A stretch of DNA of 64,000 bases from Octopus vulgaris (taxonomy: Eukaryota). Within the stretch, counting starts at the first letter, position 1; each line of letters begins with the position of its first letter. Both the position numbers and the translations under genes were made by a program. Where the stretch lies: assembly GCA_951406725.2 (NCBI GenBank), contig OX597821.1:18228001-18292000 (forward strand), in the 5' to 3' direction. The notes below the pieces were generated by a model. That model saw nothing but the letters and a program-made list of their open reading frames with translations, did no database searches and had not been told where the DNA came from. Below are positions 25,491 through 39,128 of this stretch, in pieces.

Positions 25491-28248
25491 CCTTTTGGTT
25501 GTTCATTTCCACTGCGTGGCACCTTGTCTTTTACTATAGCTTCAGGCCATCCAAAACCTTGTGGGTGGAAAGAAGCCCGTCGTATTTCTCTTTATATATA
25601 AACGTGTCAGTGTGTCTGTCAAATTGCACCCTCACCCTGACCACGGCTTCAAAGCCGTGATGAAACTTGACACACACATGACAATATTGCAAAACTAACG
25701 CAGCGAAGATCTTCAAAAGTTCCCCCAGTTCTGAAAAATATCTATAAATTCGACATGGGGTTGAAAATCTAAACCTTTTATATGCAACACATTTTCTGTT
25801 GTAATTTTCGCAAGTTACAATCGATTTTTACCAAACTCTTGGTGAAGCCTAATATTTTCCTAAGAAACAATTCTGACGTAGATTCCATCAGAAATAATAG
25901 ATAAAATCATGCCATTTTGGGAAATCGCGTTCAAATTCAAGATGACATATTTTCGACAGTATATTCACAAATTTGCAAGAATTTTTTTTTTAATTCTCAG
26001 CGAAAATCATGTCTGCTCCAAGGAGCTATATGGCCCTTTTTATTCCAATAAAAAAAAAAATCTGTTAATCTGGAAAAAAAATCTGATAATTAAATCATAC
26101 GTGGCACACTTAGCAAAACTCAATTTTTCGCACAGGGACAGCTAGGAACGTCGTATACACAGAAGTATTCGAGTAAAGAGAAGACATTGCAAACTACACA
26201 TGCACCTTTGTTCCCTGAAGATTAAGGACTGGATTAGGATTATCGTTAATTATGAACTCAGAGCAGGACATAATTAGATACAGCAAAACATTTTCTCTCA
26301 CACTATACAATTTTGCCAATCAATATAGCATCATACAGACATATGATATCATGAAAAGATGATTTCTCAGGTTCCAACAGACTCCAGACGGGCCTTGTAT
26401 CTCACTGTCCAATTTATCATCTTTTTATACTGTCAGCATTACTGAAGTGCTATGGGATCTGCAAGACTAAACATCCTTTAGCATTCAAACAAGCCATATC
26501 CAGCCAAAAGTATTCTGCCTGTTTTATGTTCAAACTGGCAAGATTTGGTTTCTCGCTACAATATCGTTTTAAAAAATTAACTTCTACAAAATCTCAAAGC
26601 TACAACATTAATGCCTGATTTGTTCAAGGCAATGTGGATAACAAGGGATTAATTTTGCAATTGAATTATACAAAACATACCCAACACAACCTTATAAAAT
26701 ACGTCTCTAACAAAATATATGTTAGTCCTGCATTCCTAAAGCTAATTTATAAAAATAGAAAAATATACCATATCTCTTCGGTTTCAATTCTAGATCAACA
26801 CTACAATCTTATTTGATGTCACCGTTCTTAAACTGTCTATACAGTGCTTTCTAATTTTGGTACAAGGCCAACAAATTTGAGGGAAAGGACAAGTCAGTTA
26901 CATCGACCCCCAAATAATTAACTGGTGCTTTATTTTATTGAATTTGAAAGAATGAAACGCAAATTCCCTATTCGCAGAATCTGAACTCAAAACATAAAGC
27001 TGGAAACAATGTTAAAAATTTCACCGAACATGCAAATGATTGTGTCTGCTCCAAAAGACTGATTTCAAACTATGGCAAAAGGCCAGCAATTTCAATAGAG
27101 GGGGTGTACGTCGATTCCCAGAACCCGGTCAAACAGTCCAACCGTGCTAGCGCGAAAAACGGTCGTTAGACGATGATGATGATGCTGATGATGCAAATGA
27201 TTGTGCCTGCTTATCATCTTAAAGACTGCTCATCATCATCAAAAGGCCAGCAATTTCAATGGAGGGGTGTAAGTTGATCATATCGTCCCTATGACTCAAC
27301 TGGTATTTATTTTATCAACCCCGAAAGAATCAAAAGAACAGTCGACAATGACAGAATTTGAACCTAAAATACATAGTCAAAGTGAGTATCGAAACAACCC
27401 TTTCTGTGTGTGTTCCTTTGGAAGCCTATTCTTATTAGCCAACATGCATATTTACATTAAACATATTCACTACCAGCCTGCCAAGACTGCTCCAGCTCCA
27501 GTTCAAATTAATCATCATCTACATCATCATCATCATTTAACGTCTGTATCCATGCTAGCATAAGTTAGACAATTTGCCTGAAGATTGGTAAAACAAATGA
27601 CTTTACCAAGCATCAATCTGATCTGGCAGTGTTTCTACAGCAGGATGCCCCTCCTAACGCGAATACCAGTCAGGCATTACAAAGAAAAGCAATGCTCAAA
27701 TGGTGCTCTTTACGTACCACCTGCGAATGTTATATCACATGCCACCGGCATAAGTGCCAGTAGGGTGACTTTGGTAACGATCATGAACAAATCGAAGTCT
27801 GTTAGAACCATGAATTATTTACATCAAAAAGGTGCTTTTTTTCGTTAGAAAACTATTTTTTATGAATTTTTGACAACTGTGTTTCAATTTTTCGGTGTAT
27901 TCATACATGAAAGGTCTTCATTTAAAGGGTATTAGAGGTTATGTAATGCAAAATTTTTAATTTTCAAAAATTCCAATTCTAAAGGGTCGAAACAAAATCC
28001 AGTAATGCCGGGCGATACTGTCTTGTTTCAGTCATTTGACTGTGGTCATGCTGGAGCACCCCATTCTAGTTTAGCAAATCGAACCTATTACTTTTCATTG
28101 TAAGCCTAGTAATTTTTCTCTCGGTCTCATTTGCCAAAACATTAAAATTACGGGGTCGTAAACACACTAGCATCGGTTGTCAAGTGATGTTCGGGTGACA
28201 AACACACTCACAAACATATACATATATATATACATATATATATATATG

Positions 28249-28280
<32 letters not shown>

Positions 28281-29399
28281 CATATATGAGGTTGTCAGGT
28301 GGCAGAATTGTTAGTACACTGCAGAAAATACATAGCAGCATTTCGCTCATCTTTACGCTCTGAGTGCAAATTCTATTACATTTGTTTTTGCCTTACATCC
28401 TTTTGGAGCCATTAAAATAAGTACCAATTGAGTAGCCCTTCTACCGAAATTGCTGTACTTGTACAAAAATTTAAAACCAATATGAGGTACCGAATTGGCT
28501 ATGATATTGAGAAGTTGGTTTCCCAACTATGTGGTTTCAAGTCAATGTCTTGTGTATAAATTTGATAGATGGTAACTTGAATAAGCCCACCTATTTTGAT
28601 TCAATACTTATAATGCTTACAAATTTAGCATACTCTACTCCACCAAAGAAAAAATTAAAAATACAATGAAAACCAATACCATCTATAATACACAAACATC
28701 TGAATCATTTGCACCAAATTGTAAAAACAAATCACTTACTTATAACAATGCCAAAAAACAATGCCAAACAATAAATTTGTGTAACAATGTAATATATAAC
28801 AATGCACACAGTAATATAGTGCTTTGATTCCTGATTGCTCTTCTGTCAGACACCTTCTTATGTATTGAAGAACAAGCTGTGTGACTAACTTTACCACAAA
28901 CAGAACATTTAAAAAACGGAAACTGAAAGAAGCCTATCGTAGATATATATATATATATGATAAAATAAATGTTGAATAAATATACTATTAAATTAGTATC
29001 TAATTCTCTCACCCTTATTAATTAATTATATATATATATATATATAGATATACTCAATTGGTATATATATACATATACTCAATTTTAATGGCTCCAAAAG
29101 GATGGAAGGCAAAAACAAATGTAATAGAATTTGCACTCAGAGCGTAAAGATGAGCGAAATGCTGCTATGTATTTTCTGCAGTGTACTAACAATTCTGCCA
29201 CCTGACAACCTCATATATACAATAAACACAATATATCAACTCCTTTATGAATATACTTTTTACTCTTTTGGTTGTCTTAATTATTTGACTGCACCGCCTT
29301 TAATCGAGCAACACAACACCGGGACTTATTCTTATATACATATATATATATATATACTAGCAGCAGTATACGTAAAGCCGAATTTCACGTAATGTGGTC

Positions 29400-30005
29400 A
29401 CATCAGTATAAAATGAAACATATCGTTAAATATATTTATTCATTCAAAATATAATCGCCTTAGCAATAAATTTTTCATGCAACGAAACGTTTTCAGTTTT
29501 CCGGGTAAAAAAAATCTTTTGGAGAAAATGTTTGAAGCAGTTTTGGCATCGTCCGTGCTTGTGAATAAACAAAAATCTGATGCTTTTAGGTCTTGTGGGT
29601 AGGATGCGTGAGGTCATATTTTAGAACCTACTACATTTAAATTTCTTGGATTATCATCGCTGAAATGTCGACCTGCACAATTACGTTGCAGAATGACTCA
29701 CTTTCTTTTGACAAAAGCTGGGTTTTCTCAAAAAAATTTAATCGACATGTTTAAGTTGTTAATATAAATTTATGGGATGGTTTTATCCAATAATTTAAAC
29801 TAAACAATATATATTGTATTCCAACAAACACAGCAAAATCTTTAGGTTTAGATGTGGTTTGGGCGTCTTAATTGGATTTTTATTTTGCGACAGACACTTC
29901 TTCGTGAGTTTGTTCCTCATATCCTATTACCATTCGATTTTAAAATTTTGTGCTTCCAGGAAATTTTTGTAACTTGCTAAATGCACAGATGTTTCATTCT
30001 CATTA
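29400..30005 (-). mobile_element. Highly degenerate mariner transposase remnant
   Basis: Hand translation gives PHASYPQDLKASDFCLF (compare PHPPYSPDLAPSDFxLF) and NRMVIGYE (compare RIVTGDE). Confidence 0.55.
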
Positions 30006-31587
30006 GCTAATGAGATACCTGGTTCCCTCTTCAATACATTTTTCCAATTTGAGGATTATTAAGCTTCTAGAATAAGTTCCCGATAATTTGACGCGGATCC
30101 TCTTCTGGGTTGATGCAAAACTACTGCTTAAAAACACACATATGTATATATGTTTGTATGTATGCATGCAAGCTCCCATATATGTATGTATTATATGTGT
30201 ATATGGGGGCCGGTAACTTGAAACGAAATGCATCGTTCCTGGTGCATAAAATTTACAGAGATCGAAATAGAAAAATCCTCAACAACTGTTGATGGTTAGC
30301 CCTGAAAAGAGCTTTTAAATCAGAACCGATAAGATTTAGTAAGGAAATAGTGATAGAGAATTCTAAAGTAAAATGAGAGCTTAAGCAAAGGACTGCAGCT
30401 AACGAACAAGGCAACGAGGTTGGCCCTTGACCAATTCTTTAACACTTTAAGGATGAATGTAGCGTTGTCAGAGGCTGGATGCGTGCTCCAAGCTATGAGA
30501 GAAAGAAAGTGTTCGATGGGACCGAATGGTAAAGGGTGCAACACAGCAACAAAACCACATTTTGGTCTTTGGTGGCACAAGAGGAGCGCATGTTACTCGA
30601 TTCCAAGCAGGTGTGCGGCATTTCAACTGTTTGAGGTAGACAGTAGACTGGAAACGGAGGTGTACACCAACTTCCTTAACGGATCCTGCACCTCTCGGGT
30701 AGGAATACCGAGTTCTGTGAAATGCTGACAACAACTGATGAAAAAGGGAAGTGATACCTGGTAGCATAACAGAGAAGTCACCAGAGTTGGATGGTCTGCT
30801 GTACAAATTTTATCGTTACATGACGTGCTTGTTCTGGGCATTCTTGGCAGTTGTCTGGTAGATGTCTGCTAGGAAAACAGTAGAATTCCCACTACTGCAA
30901 AATGAGATGTACTGATGTACTGATGCTGCTGAGAAAGGACCGAAAAAAGGTGGATGATTTTAACATCAGGTACGTAACTAAATGCAAACTTGATTTTGGC
31001 CAAGCTCTTAACAAAGAGATTGACGCGTGTCCAAATTCTATTACCTGAAGCACAAACATGCGCCATACAAAGATCTATCCACAACCTCCACTTTACGCAA
31101 AACATCATGGAAAGAAAGGTAAATAATCAGGAATGGGTGGACCCAGATCAATTTTAAACAGCTGAAAGCTTTCGATAGGCGGCTGTCCTGAAGAGGCTGG
31201 TTTAAGATTTGTCTCCAGAAGCAGAATCACTATAATTTACAGCGTAATTTGGTCGACGATACGGAAAATATTCGGAATATTATGCATTCAGACAGTCAAC
31301 AAAACCTCGATTCCCAGCAGGTGTGCGGCATTTCAACTGTTTGAGGTAGACAAGTTGTTAATTTAAATCCTGACCCTATTGGTTTTATTTTTATTCATTT
31401 GGAGTCGGGAAAATAATTATCAGTACCATAATTTTGAAAGTAAATGTACTAATTACTGATTTTATTTAGTTCATATATCTACACAGCAACCGACAGTAAG
31501 TTTACAGTGTGTAGCAAGAAGGTAATTTAAGAACTTTTTGCTCAACTATTATCTCTCTTGAACAGTAGCTTATCTTCATTTCATCAA

Positions 31588-32240
31588 TATTGTTGTCTAA
31601 AACCAGTGGTCATTATCACTCTCAATTTCAATATTTGTATTAACGGATCTTAGATCTTTTTAGTTTTGAACAGCAGTTTTTAAAAATAGTTTCTAGGTAA
31701 CAGAAAAATTTTAAACTTCATATACTGGTAGAATGTGTTAATTCATAATCATAGGTGACAATTTCATATGACACAGCTAGAAAAAACTGCCGTTCAAACT
31801 GAAAATATTGTTGTCTAAAACCAGTGGTCATTATCACTCTCAAATTTCAATATTTGTATTAACGGATCTTAGATCTTTTTAGTTTTGAACAGCAGTTTTT
31901 AAAAATAGTTTCTAGGTAACAGAAAAATTTTAAATTTCATATACTGGTAGAATGTGTTAATTCATAATCATAGGTGACAATTTCATATGACACAGCTAGA
32001 AAAAACTGCCGTTCAAACTAAAAATATTGTTGTCTAAAACCAGTGGTCATTATCACTCTCAATTTCAATATTTGTATTAACGGATCTTAGATCTTTTTAG
32101 TTTTGAACAGCAGTTTTTAAAAATAGTTTCTAGGTAACAGAAAAATTTTAAACTTCATATACTGGTAGAATGTGTTAATTCATAATCATAGGTGACAATT
32201 TCATATGACACAGCTAGAAAAAACTGCCGTTCAAACTGAA
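31588..32240. repeat. Three-copy tandem repeat, ~218-bp unit derived from an inverted, deleted MITE plus flank
   Basis: atattgttgtctaaaaccagtggtcatt recurs at ~31588, ~31805 and ~32023. Confidence 0.9.
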
Positions 32241-34299
32241 AAGATCCCGGATCTTTTCTGTTTGATTCCCAGCCGCTCCAAAAATTATAGTCTACCGAAA
32301 ATTATAAAATTTGGTACAACAATACACTTGTCCAAACTGAATTGCTGGAGTTATTTCATTTTTCTGCACACAAAAATGTTTTTAAAAAAGTTATAGAGGT
32401 TGGTTATAGCGGTTTGGTCCTTTTTCTCCGAGTCAGGAAGCTGTCATTTTGTGCCTAACTGCACATTTTGTCGTCAACATCCTGGAAATAGCACGTGTTG
32501 TCAATATTTGCAAATAACATGTGTTTTCTTTCATGCAAATACAACTTTTTAGCATACCTTACAACCACTAGTGTTTAATGGAAATGCAATGACCAACACG
32601 TTGCATGCGATAAACACATTACAATTTTTAACAGAAAGGCTGTCCTCACAAGATAAAAGACTTTTTAAAGAGTATTTCAGATTTGCTTGTTATCAAAACA
32701 GCCATGAATGCATCTAAAATTACTAAAATTTTCAAACTTTAATTGCTAATAATTTTCAATTTGTAGCGAAATGTTGTTGCTTAGCTTGCTTAGCTTGCTA
32801 GAAATATCAACAAAATCTTCTACAAATCGCACACTGCTGCTTTAGAAAAAGGACCTGTTGGATCAGTGTTTTTCAATCATTTATAACATATGAACCCCTT
32901 TCACTCGGATGGCTATTCCTAGCTATTCGTCATCATCATCATCATCATTTAGCATCCGCTTTCCATGCTTGCATGGGTTGAACAGTTCAACTGGGGTCTG
33001 GGAGGCCAGAAAGCTGCAAAAACAATTATATATCATTATGGTTTGTAGAAAAAAATTATTATTAATATACTTTTTGAATTGCAGAAATGGATTTGCTGCA
33101 TCATTTACGAGACATTTTTTCAGGCGGGTATTTGCCAGAACCCTACCAAGGTTCACTTTAATTATTGATGTCATTACCCCATCTATTGAATGCGTGGAAT
33201 TTAACCAGCCAATGATTGGTCTTTGTTGCATAGTATCAATCACTGTTTCATCTACAACTGGTTTAGGAGTTCAAAGAAGTGTTCAATCCAGTGAGCTGTG
33301 GTTTCTGTTCATTTAGTAAATAGAGTAGAAGACACATTAGAAAGCAAATGAGCTGATGCATAGCTCTTGGGCTATAAATAAATAAATAACTATATAAATA
33401 TATACTAAAAACAAAGACACATATATATACTGAAAATAAATTATATATACCATGTGAGTGGATTTGGTAGACGGAAACTGAAAGAAGCCTGTCGTATATA
33501 TGTATATATGTATATGTGTGTGTGTTTGTGTGTCTGTGTTTGTCCCCCTGGCATTGCTTGACAACCGATGCTGGTGTGTTTACGTTCCCGTCACATAGCG
33601 GTTCGGCCAAATTGACCGATAGAATAAATACTGTGCTTACAAAGTCCCGGGGTCGATTTGCTCGACTAAAGGCGTTGCTCCAGCATGGCCGCAGTCAAAT
33701 GACTGAAACAAGTAAAAGAGCAAAGAGAAAGAGTATATACAGTATATATATATAGAAAAAAGCAGCACATATCGAGCAGAGGTCAGCAGCTTTGCACGAC
33801 GCTTATAGATCCTCTCCACTTTATTGACTTTATCCAGCGACAAGCCAGAGCAAGATGCCAAAATAAGTTGCCGGCTCAGGAATTCTTAAAATGTCCAATG
33901 CCATTCCCTGCATATCTGGTTTTATATCAGACCTTCTCATAGTGACATGCTTCAACAGAAGCTGAGGAGTTCGTCACACCCAGTTGTCTTTTAACACGCC
34001 TGTCTACTATTAGGAAAACAGGAGAATTCCCACTACTGCATCTATTTTTGCGGGCATTAAACTCGAAAATGTTGGACCGCTGAAATCTACAGGTTTTTTT
34101 TTTGTCTTTTTTTTATTCTCTTTTTATTTTCTCTTATTTATTTCTGTCGATGAGCGTAGGCTCAGAACGTAAAAGACTTCATTTCTGCCGCACGTCACAC
34201 CTGTCTCCGTCTTTTGTGTAGATATATAGATAGATAGATAGATAGATACATAGATAGGTAGATAGACAGAGTTGAAAAATTTTAATGAGAAGGCGTACA

Positions 34300-34655
34300 A
34301 AAATTTCAAATCGCCTAAACAAACAAATTGAAAGCAGTGAAAAGTCCCACCTAAAGATAAAACTGTTGGAAATTGAAAAATGTGTGCAACTCTCCCATGA
34401 AAAGCGATTAGCAGACAAAGAAGCCTGGGCTATAAAATCTAACCCCAGAGCTTTCTACAGGTATGCCAAAGAAACAGCTACGGTGCACTAAAAGGATAGC
34501 ACACTCACATGATAACCAATGGGGGTATGTGAAATACTGAATGAGCAATTCAAGAGTGTTTTCACTCCAAACCTTATGCATTTCCAAATCACCAATCCAT
34601 CTGACTTCTTTACCGCTACAGATATAAAATCAGAGGCGGCGACGATAAATTACAT
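34300..34655 (+). mobile_element. CR1-group LINE fragment (pre-RT linker); a related fragment is inverted at ~35145-35325
   Basis: Peptides AIKSNPRAFYRYAK and NEQFKSVFT. The inverted piece encodes DSATAPDGFPANLL. Confidence 0.65.
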
Positions 34656-37600
34656 TTTGCCATAAATATTATTATGGGTATCAGAATGTTACCCAGAATA
34701 ACAAATTCTATCGTAAAATTTTGTTGTATACCCAACTAAATATTAGCTAATAACCCATTTTCTATAGCGATGTTTGAACAAAATTTTAATAATTATATAT
34801 ATTGTTGAATTTACCTGCAATTAGAATCACTATGTGGCAAAAATTATAGTATAGAATTGGTTGAGAACATTAAATTATCTTCCAAAATTTACGTTAATAT
34901 ATTGAGAAATAAAAAAGTTATTGTTATTTAATGAAACCAGACTAAATTTATAATTACGTCAGAAAATAAGTGAAACACTTTAAGAATGTGTATATAACAA
35001 AGTATATGTATATAACTACGTGGCTTGAAGTTGTGTGTCTGTCTCCTACGATTTAGATTCGTAACTACTCCCACTTTTTGCGGTGCAGTTTCACCAAAAG
35101 CCGGGATCTTAAAGTCGTGAGTCACATTGAGCCCTTCTGGGTAGGAGGTTTGCCGGGAATCCATCGGGGGCAGTAGCTGAGTCTGTTTTCATTTCATCGT
35201 CTTCCTTTATATCGATGTAATTTATCGGCGCCCCCTTTGATTTTATATCTGCAGTGGTAAAGAAGTCAGTTGGATTGGTGGAGTGGAAACACTCTTGAAT
35301 TGCTCCCTGTGAGTGTGCTATCCTTCTGATGCAAATGGCAGCTAGAAGCTTTACCATCTTATGGAGCAAGTTTATGGGCCTAAGAGCTATGCATCAGCTC
35401 ATTTGCTTTCTAATGTCTTCTACTCTATTTACTAAATCAACAGAAACCACAGCTCACTGGATTGAACACTTCTTTGAACTCCTAAACCATGAGTCAGTTG
35501 TAGATGAAACAGTGATTGATACTATGCAACAAAGACCTATCATTGGCTCCTTAAATTCCACGCCCTTAATAGATGGGGTAATGACATCAATAATTAAAGT
35601 GAACCTTGGTAGGGCACCTGGAAGGGATGGAATTTGTGCTGAGGTCTTGCGAATTGGTGGTGATTACATCATACATCCCCTTCATGAACTTATTAATGTA
35701 GTCTGGAGAGAAGGTGCAATACCTAAGGACTGGAAGAATGCAATTATTCTTCCTCTCTACAATGGAAAAGGAGCCAGAACAATGTGTGGTAACTACAGAG
35801 GTATTGCCCTACCGTCAGCAAGGTAGGGTTCTGGCAAATACTCTTACCCGCCTGAATGAATGTCTCGTAAATGATGTTCTATCTGAATCTCAATGTGGTT
35901 TCCGATCTGGTAGAGGGACAATAAATATGATTTTCACAGAAAGACAGATGCAGGAGAAGTGCTATGAGCAGAATATGGATCTTATCCGGGTATTGATTTA
36001 ACGAAGGCCTTTGACACTGTGAATAGGGCCTTGATGTGGAAAATACTTGGCAAACTTGAATGTCCGAATCACTTTGTATCTATAATTAAATCATTTCATG
36101 ATGGGATGAAGGCTTGGGTCAATGCTGGTGGTCACATGGCGGCACCCATTCCTGTAAAGAATGGTCTCAAGCAGAGTGACATCCTTGCCCCAACTCTATT
36201 TTTTTATTTGGCTGCGGCTTTTACTCATGCTAAGGTTAGCTCTCTGGGAATATATGTCAGGTATCGATCTTCTGGTCGCCCCTTTAGTCTGCATCAATTT
36301 GCTGCCAATTCAAAAGTTTTCCAGTCTCTTATACGTGACCTCCTTTATGCAGATGACATGCAATTACTTATGAATCGTATTTCTGCTTCTTGCAAGGCAT
36401 TTGGTCTCAGCATTAGCCTGGACAAGACTGTTCTAAAGTTCCAGCCTGCACCAGGAAATCCATACGTGGAACCAGCTATCTTGGTTGGAGGAACAATTCT
36501 GAAAGTGGCAGACAAGTTTGTCTACATAGGCACCACACTCAGCCGTTCTTGCTCCCCGGATGATGAAATATCTTTCAGGCTGCAGAGAGCAGCTGATTCC
36601 TTCCAGTCTCGTGTCTGATCCCAGCATTGCATCACAAAGCAAACAAAAATTGTTGTGTACCGTGCATGTGTACCGACAGCGCTCTTTTACTCATGTGAGA
36701 CATGGATCCTCTACAAACGTCATGCAAGTTTCCTTGAAAGCTTTCATCATTCTGAATGCTGTGTGAATACATCAGAGTGAATATAAATACATAAAATAAA
36801 ATATATTAAATGAAGAGGGAAGAGGAAAGAACAGGGCCTCGAGATGAGGCCAGAAGGCTCAATAAATTAGAATCATACCATTTTGCAGTGTAAAGCTTGA
36901 AGTCGATAGGCAAAAGAGTGAACTAGCAATTGAGCTAGAGAAATAATTTATTGGTTATCCCTTATGTAGGGATACCAGGATGTATACATTACCTTTAACT
37001 ACAGAAGGCAGTTTTATATATCAATTCGTCTTCGTGTTGAGAAAATATCAATTCTATTTTTTGTTAGGTATTTAGCAGTGTATGAGTCAGATACATGCTT
37101 CCATGTATATGACTAGTGCTAAAGTATAGTAATTATGATTCAGTAAAAAGGGCTAATATCTTATCCAAAACCAAACCCGTAGAGTTTTTATAATGGTGTA
37201 CTTATCGCAATATTTTAGGGACCAAACAACTGTTGTCCGTAATGGAACTGACCAAAGTCCTGCCATCTCTACAATTGGCATGTAATCATGGAAAAATAGG
37301 TGGAGTTCAGATCAATTTAGATCTATATTCACAAAAAAGGAGACAGTAGATTGACCCTTAAAATACTAAAAATTACTTTAATATATTGGTTTTCTTTTTT
37401 AGTTTCACATATCTTGCTGAAATACAGTAGTGGCCCTGTATTCAAAGGGGTTACATTCCTAGAGCAAATATTAGACATGGTTCCAAAAAGTGCCTGTAAA
37501 TGTCAAAATATAATGTATTGTATTGTATTGTACCTGGCTTTCGTTGACATGGAAAAAGCCTTTGACAGGGTTCCCTAATCCCTTATCTGGTGGTCAATGA

Positions 37601-39087
37601 GGAAACTAGGGTTAGTGGTTAGTGAGAGCCGGCGGCGAGCTGGCAGAAACGGTAGCATGCCGGGCGAAATGCGTAGCAGTATTTCGTCTGCCGTTACGTT
37701 CTGAGTTCAAATTCCGCCGAGGTTGCATACTGGGGTCGATACACTCGAATTAATCCATTTGTCTGTCTTTGTTTGTCCTCTCTGTGTTTAGCCCCTTGTG
37801 AGTAGTAAAGAAATAGAGAGCTGTGCAAGCCATGTACAGGGATGCTGTCAGTAAGGTGAGGGTTGGCAACGAGTACACTGAAGAATTCAGGGTAGAGGTA
37901 GGGGTCCACCAAGGTTCAGTACTCAGCCCCCTCTTATTTATCATAGTCCTCAAGGCAATAACGGAGGAATTCAAGACGAAGATACCCCTGGGAGCTTCTC
38001 TATGCTGATGACCTTGCTCTAATTGCTGAGTCACTGTCAGAACTAGAGGAAAAGTTTCAGGTTTTGAAGAAAGGATTAGATTCAAAAGGCCTTAAAGTCT
38101 AATCTAGCTGAAACCAAAGTCCTAATAAGTAGGAAGGCAGGTAAACCACAAATCCTTTCAGGTAGATGTCCCTGCTCGATCTGTAGTAGAGGCGTAGGTA
38201 GAAACTCTATAAGATGTACCCAGTGTAAGCTATGGACATATAAGCGGAGCAGTAATATTAAAGGAAGGTAAACTGGGAAGATAGTTTTTGTATGTGGCAG
38301 ATGCTCGGGAGCAATAAACACTGAAAATGCGCAGAGAACTTCCGCCACATTCCAGGAAGAAAAACTAGAAGTAGTTGATAGCTTCAAGTCAGTAGCGGGT
38401 GTGCTGAAGTGTAGCTGCTAGAATAAGAATAGCTTGGGCAAAGTTCAGAGAGCTCTTACCTCTGCCGGTGACAAAGGGCTTCTCGCTCAGAGTAAAAGGT
38501 AGACTGTATGACGCATGAGTACGAACAGCCATGCTACATGGCAGTGAAACATGGGCTATGACTGCTGAGGACATGCGTAATCTCACAAGGAATGAAGCCA
38601 GTATGATTTGACAGAGTGTAAGTACCTTGAGAGAAAAGTTGGACCTAAGAAGCATCAGATGTGGTGTGCAAGAGAGACGACTGCGCTGGTATGGTCATGT
38701 AGCGAGAATAGATGAGGATAGCTGTGTGAAAAAGTGCCACACCCTAGCGGTTGAGGGAACCTGTGGAAGGGTGAAGCATGACCTTCGAACTTTAGACCTC
38801 ACCAAGGAAATGACAAGTGACCGAGACTTTTGGAAATATGCTGTGCTTGAGAAGACCTGGGAAACCAAAAGAGAGTATAACCTCGTGGCCTATGCCAAGG
38901 GCGTAACCAGCCCACTTATTTCATTACCTTTAACTACAGAAGGCAGTTTTATATATCAATTTGTCTTTTGTTGAGGAATGAAATGTTTAAGACTATTTTC
39001 GTGTTGAGAAAATATCAATTCTATTTTTTGTTAGGTATTTAGCAGTGTATGAGTCAGATACATGCTTCCATGTATATGAAGGGGAGA

Positions 39088-39128
<41 letters not shown>

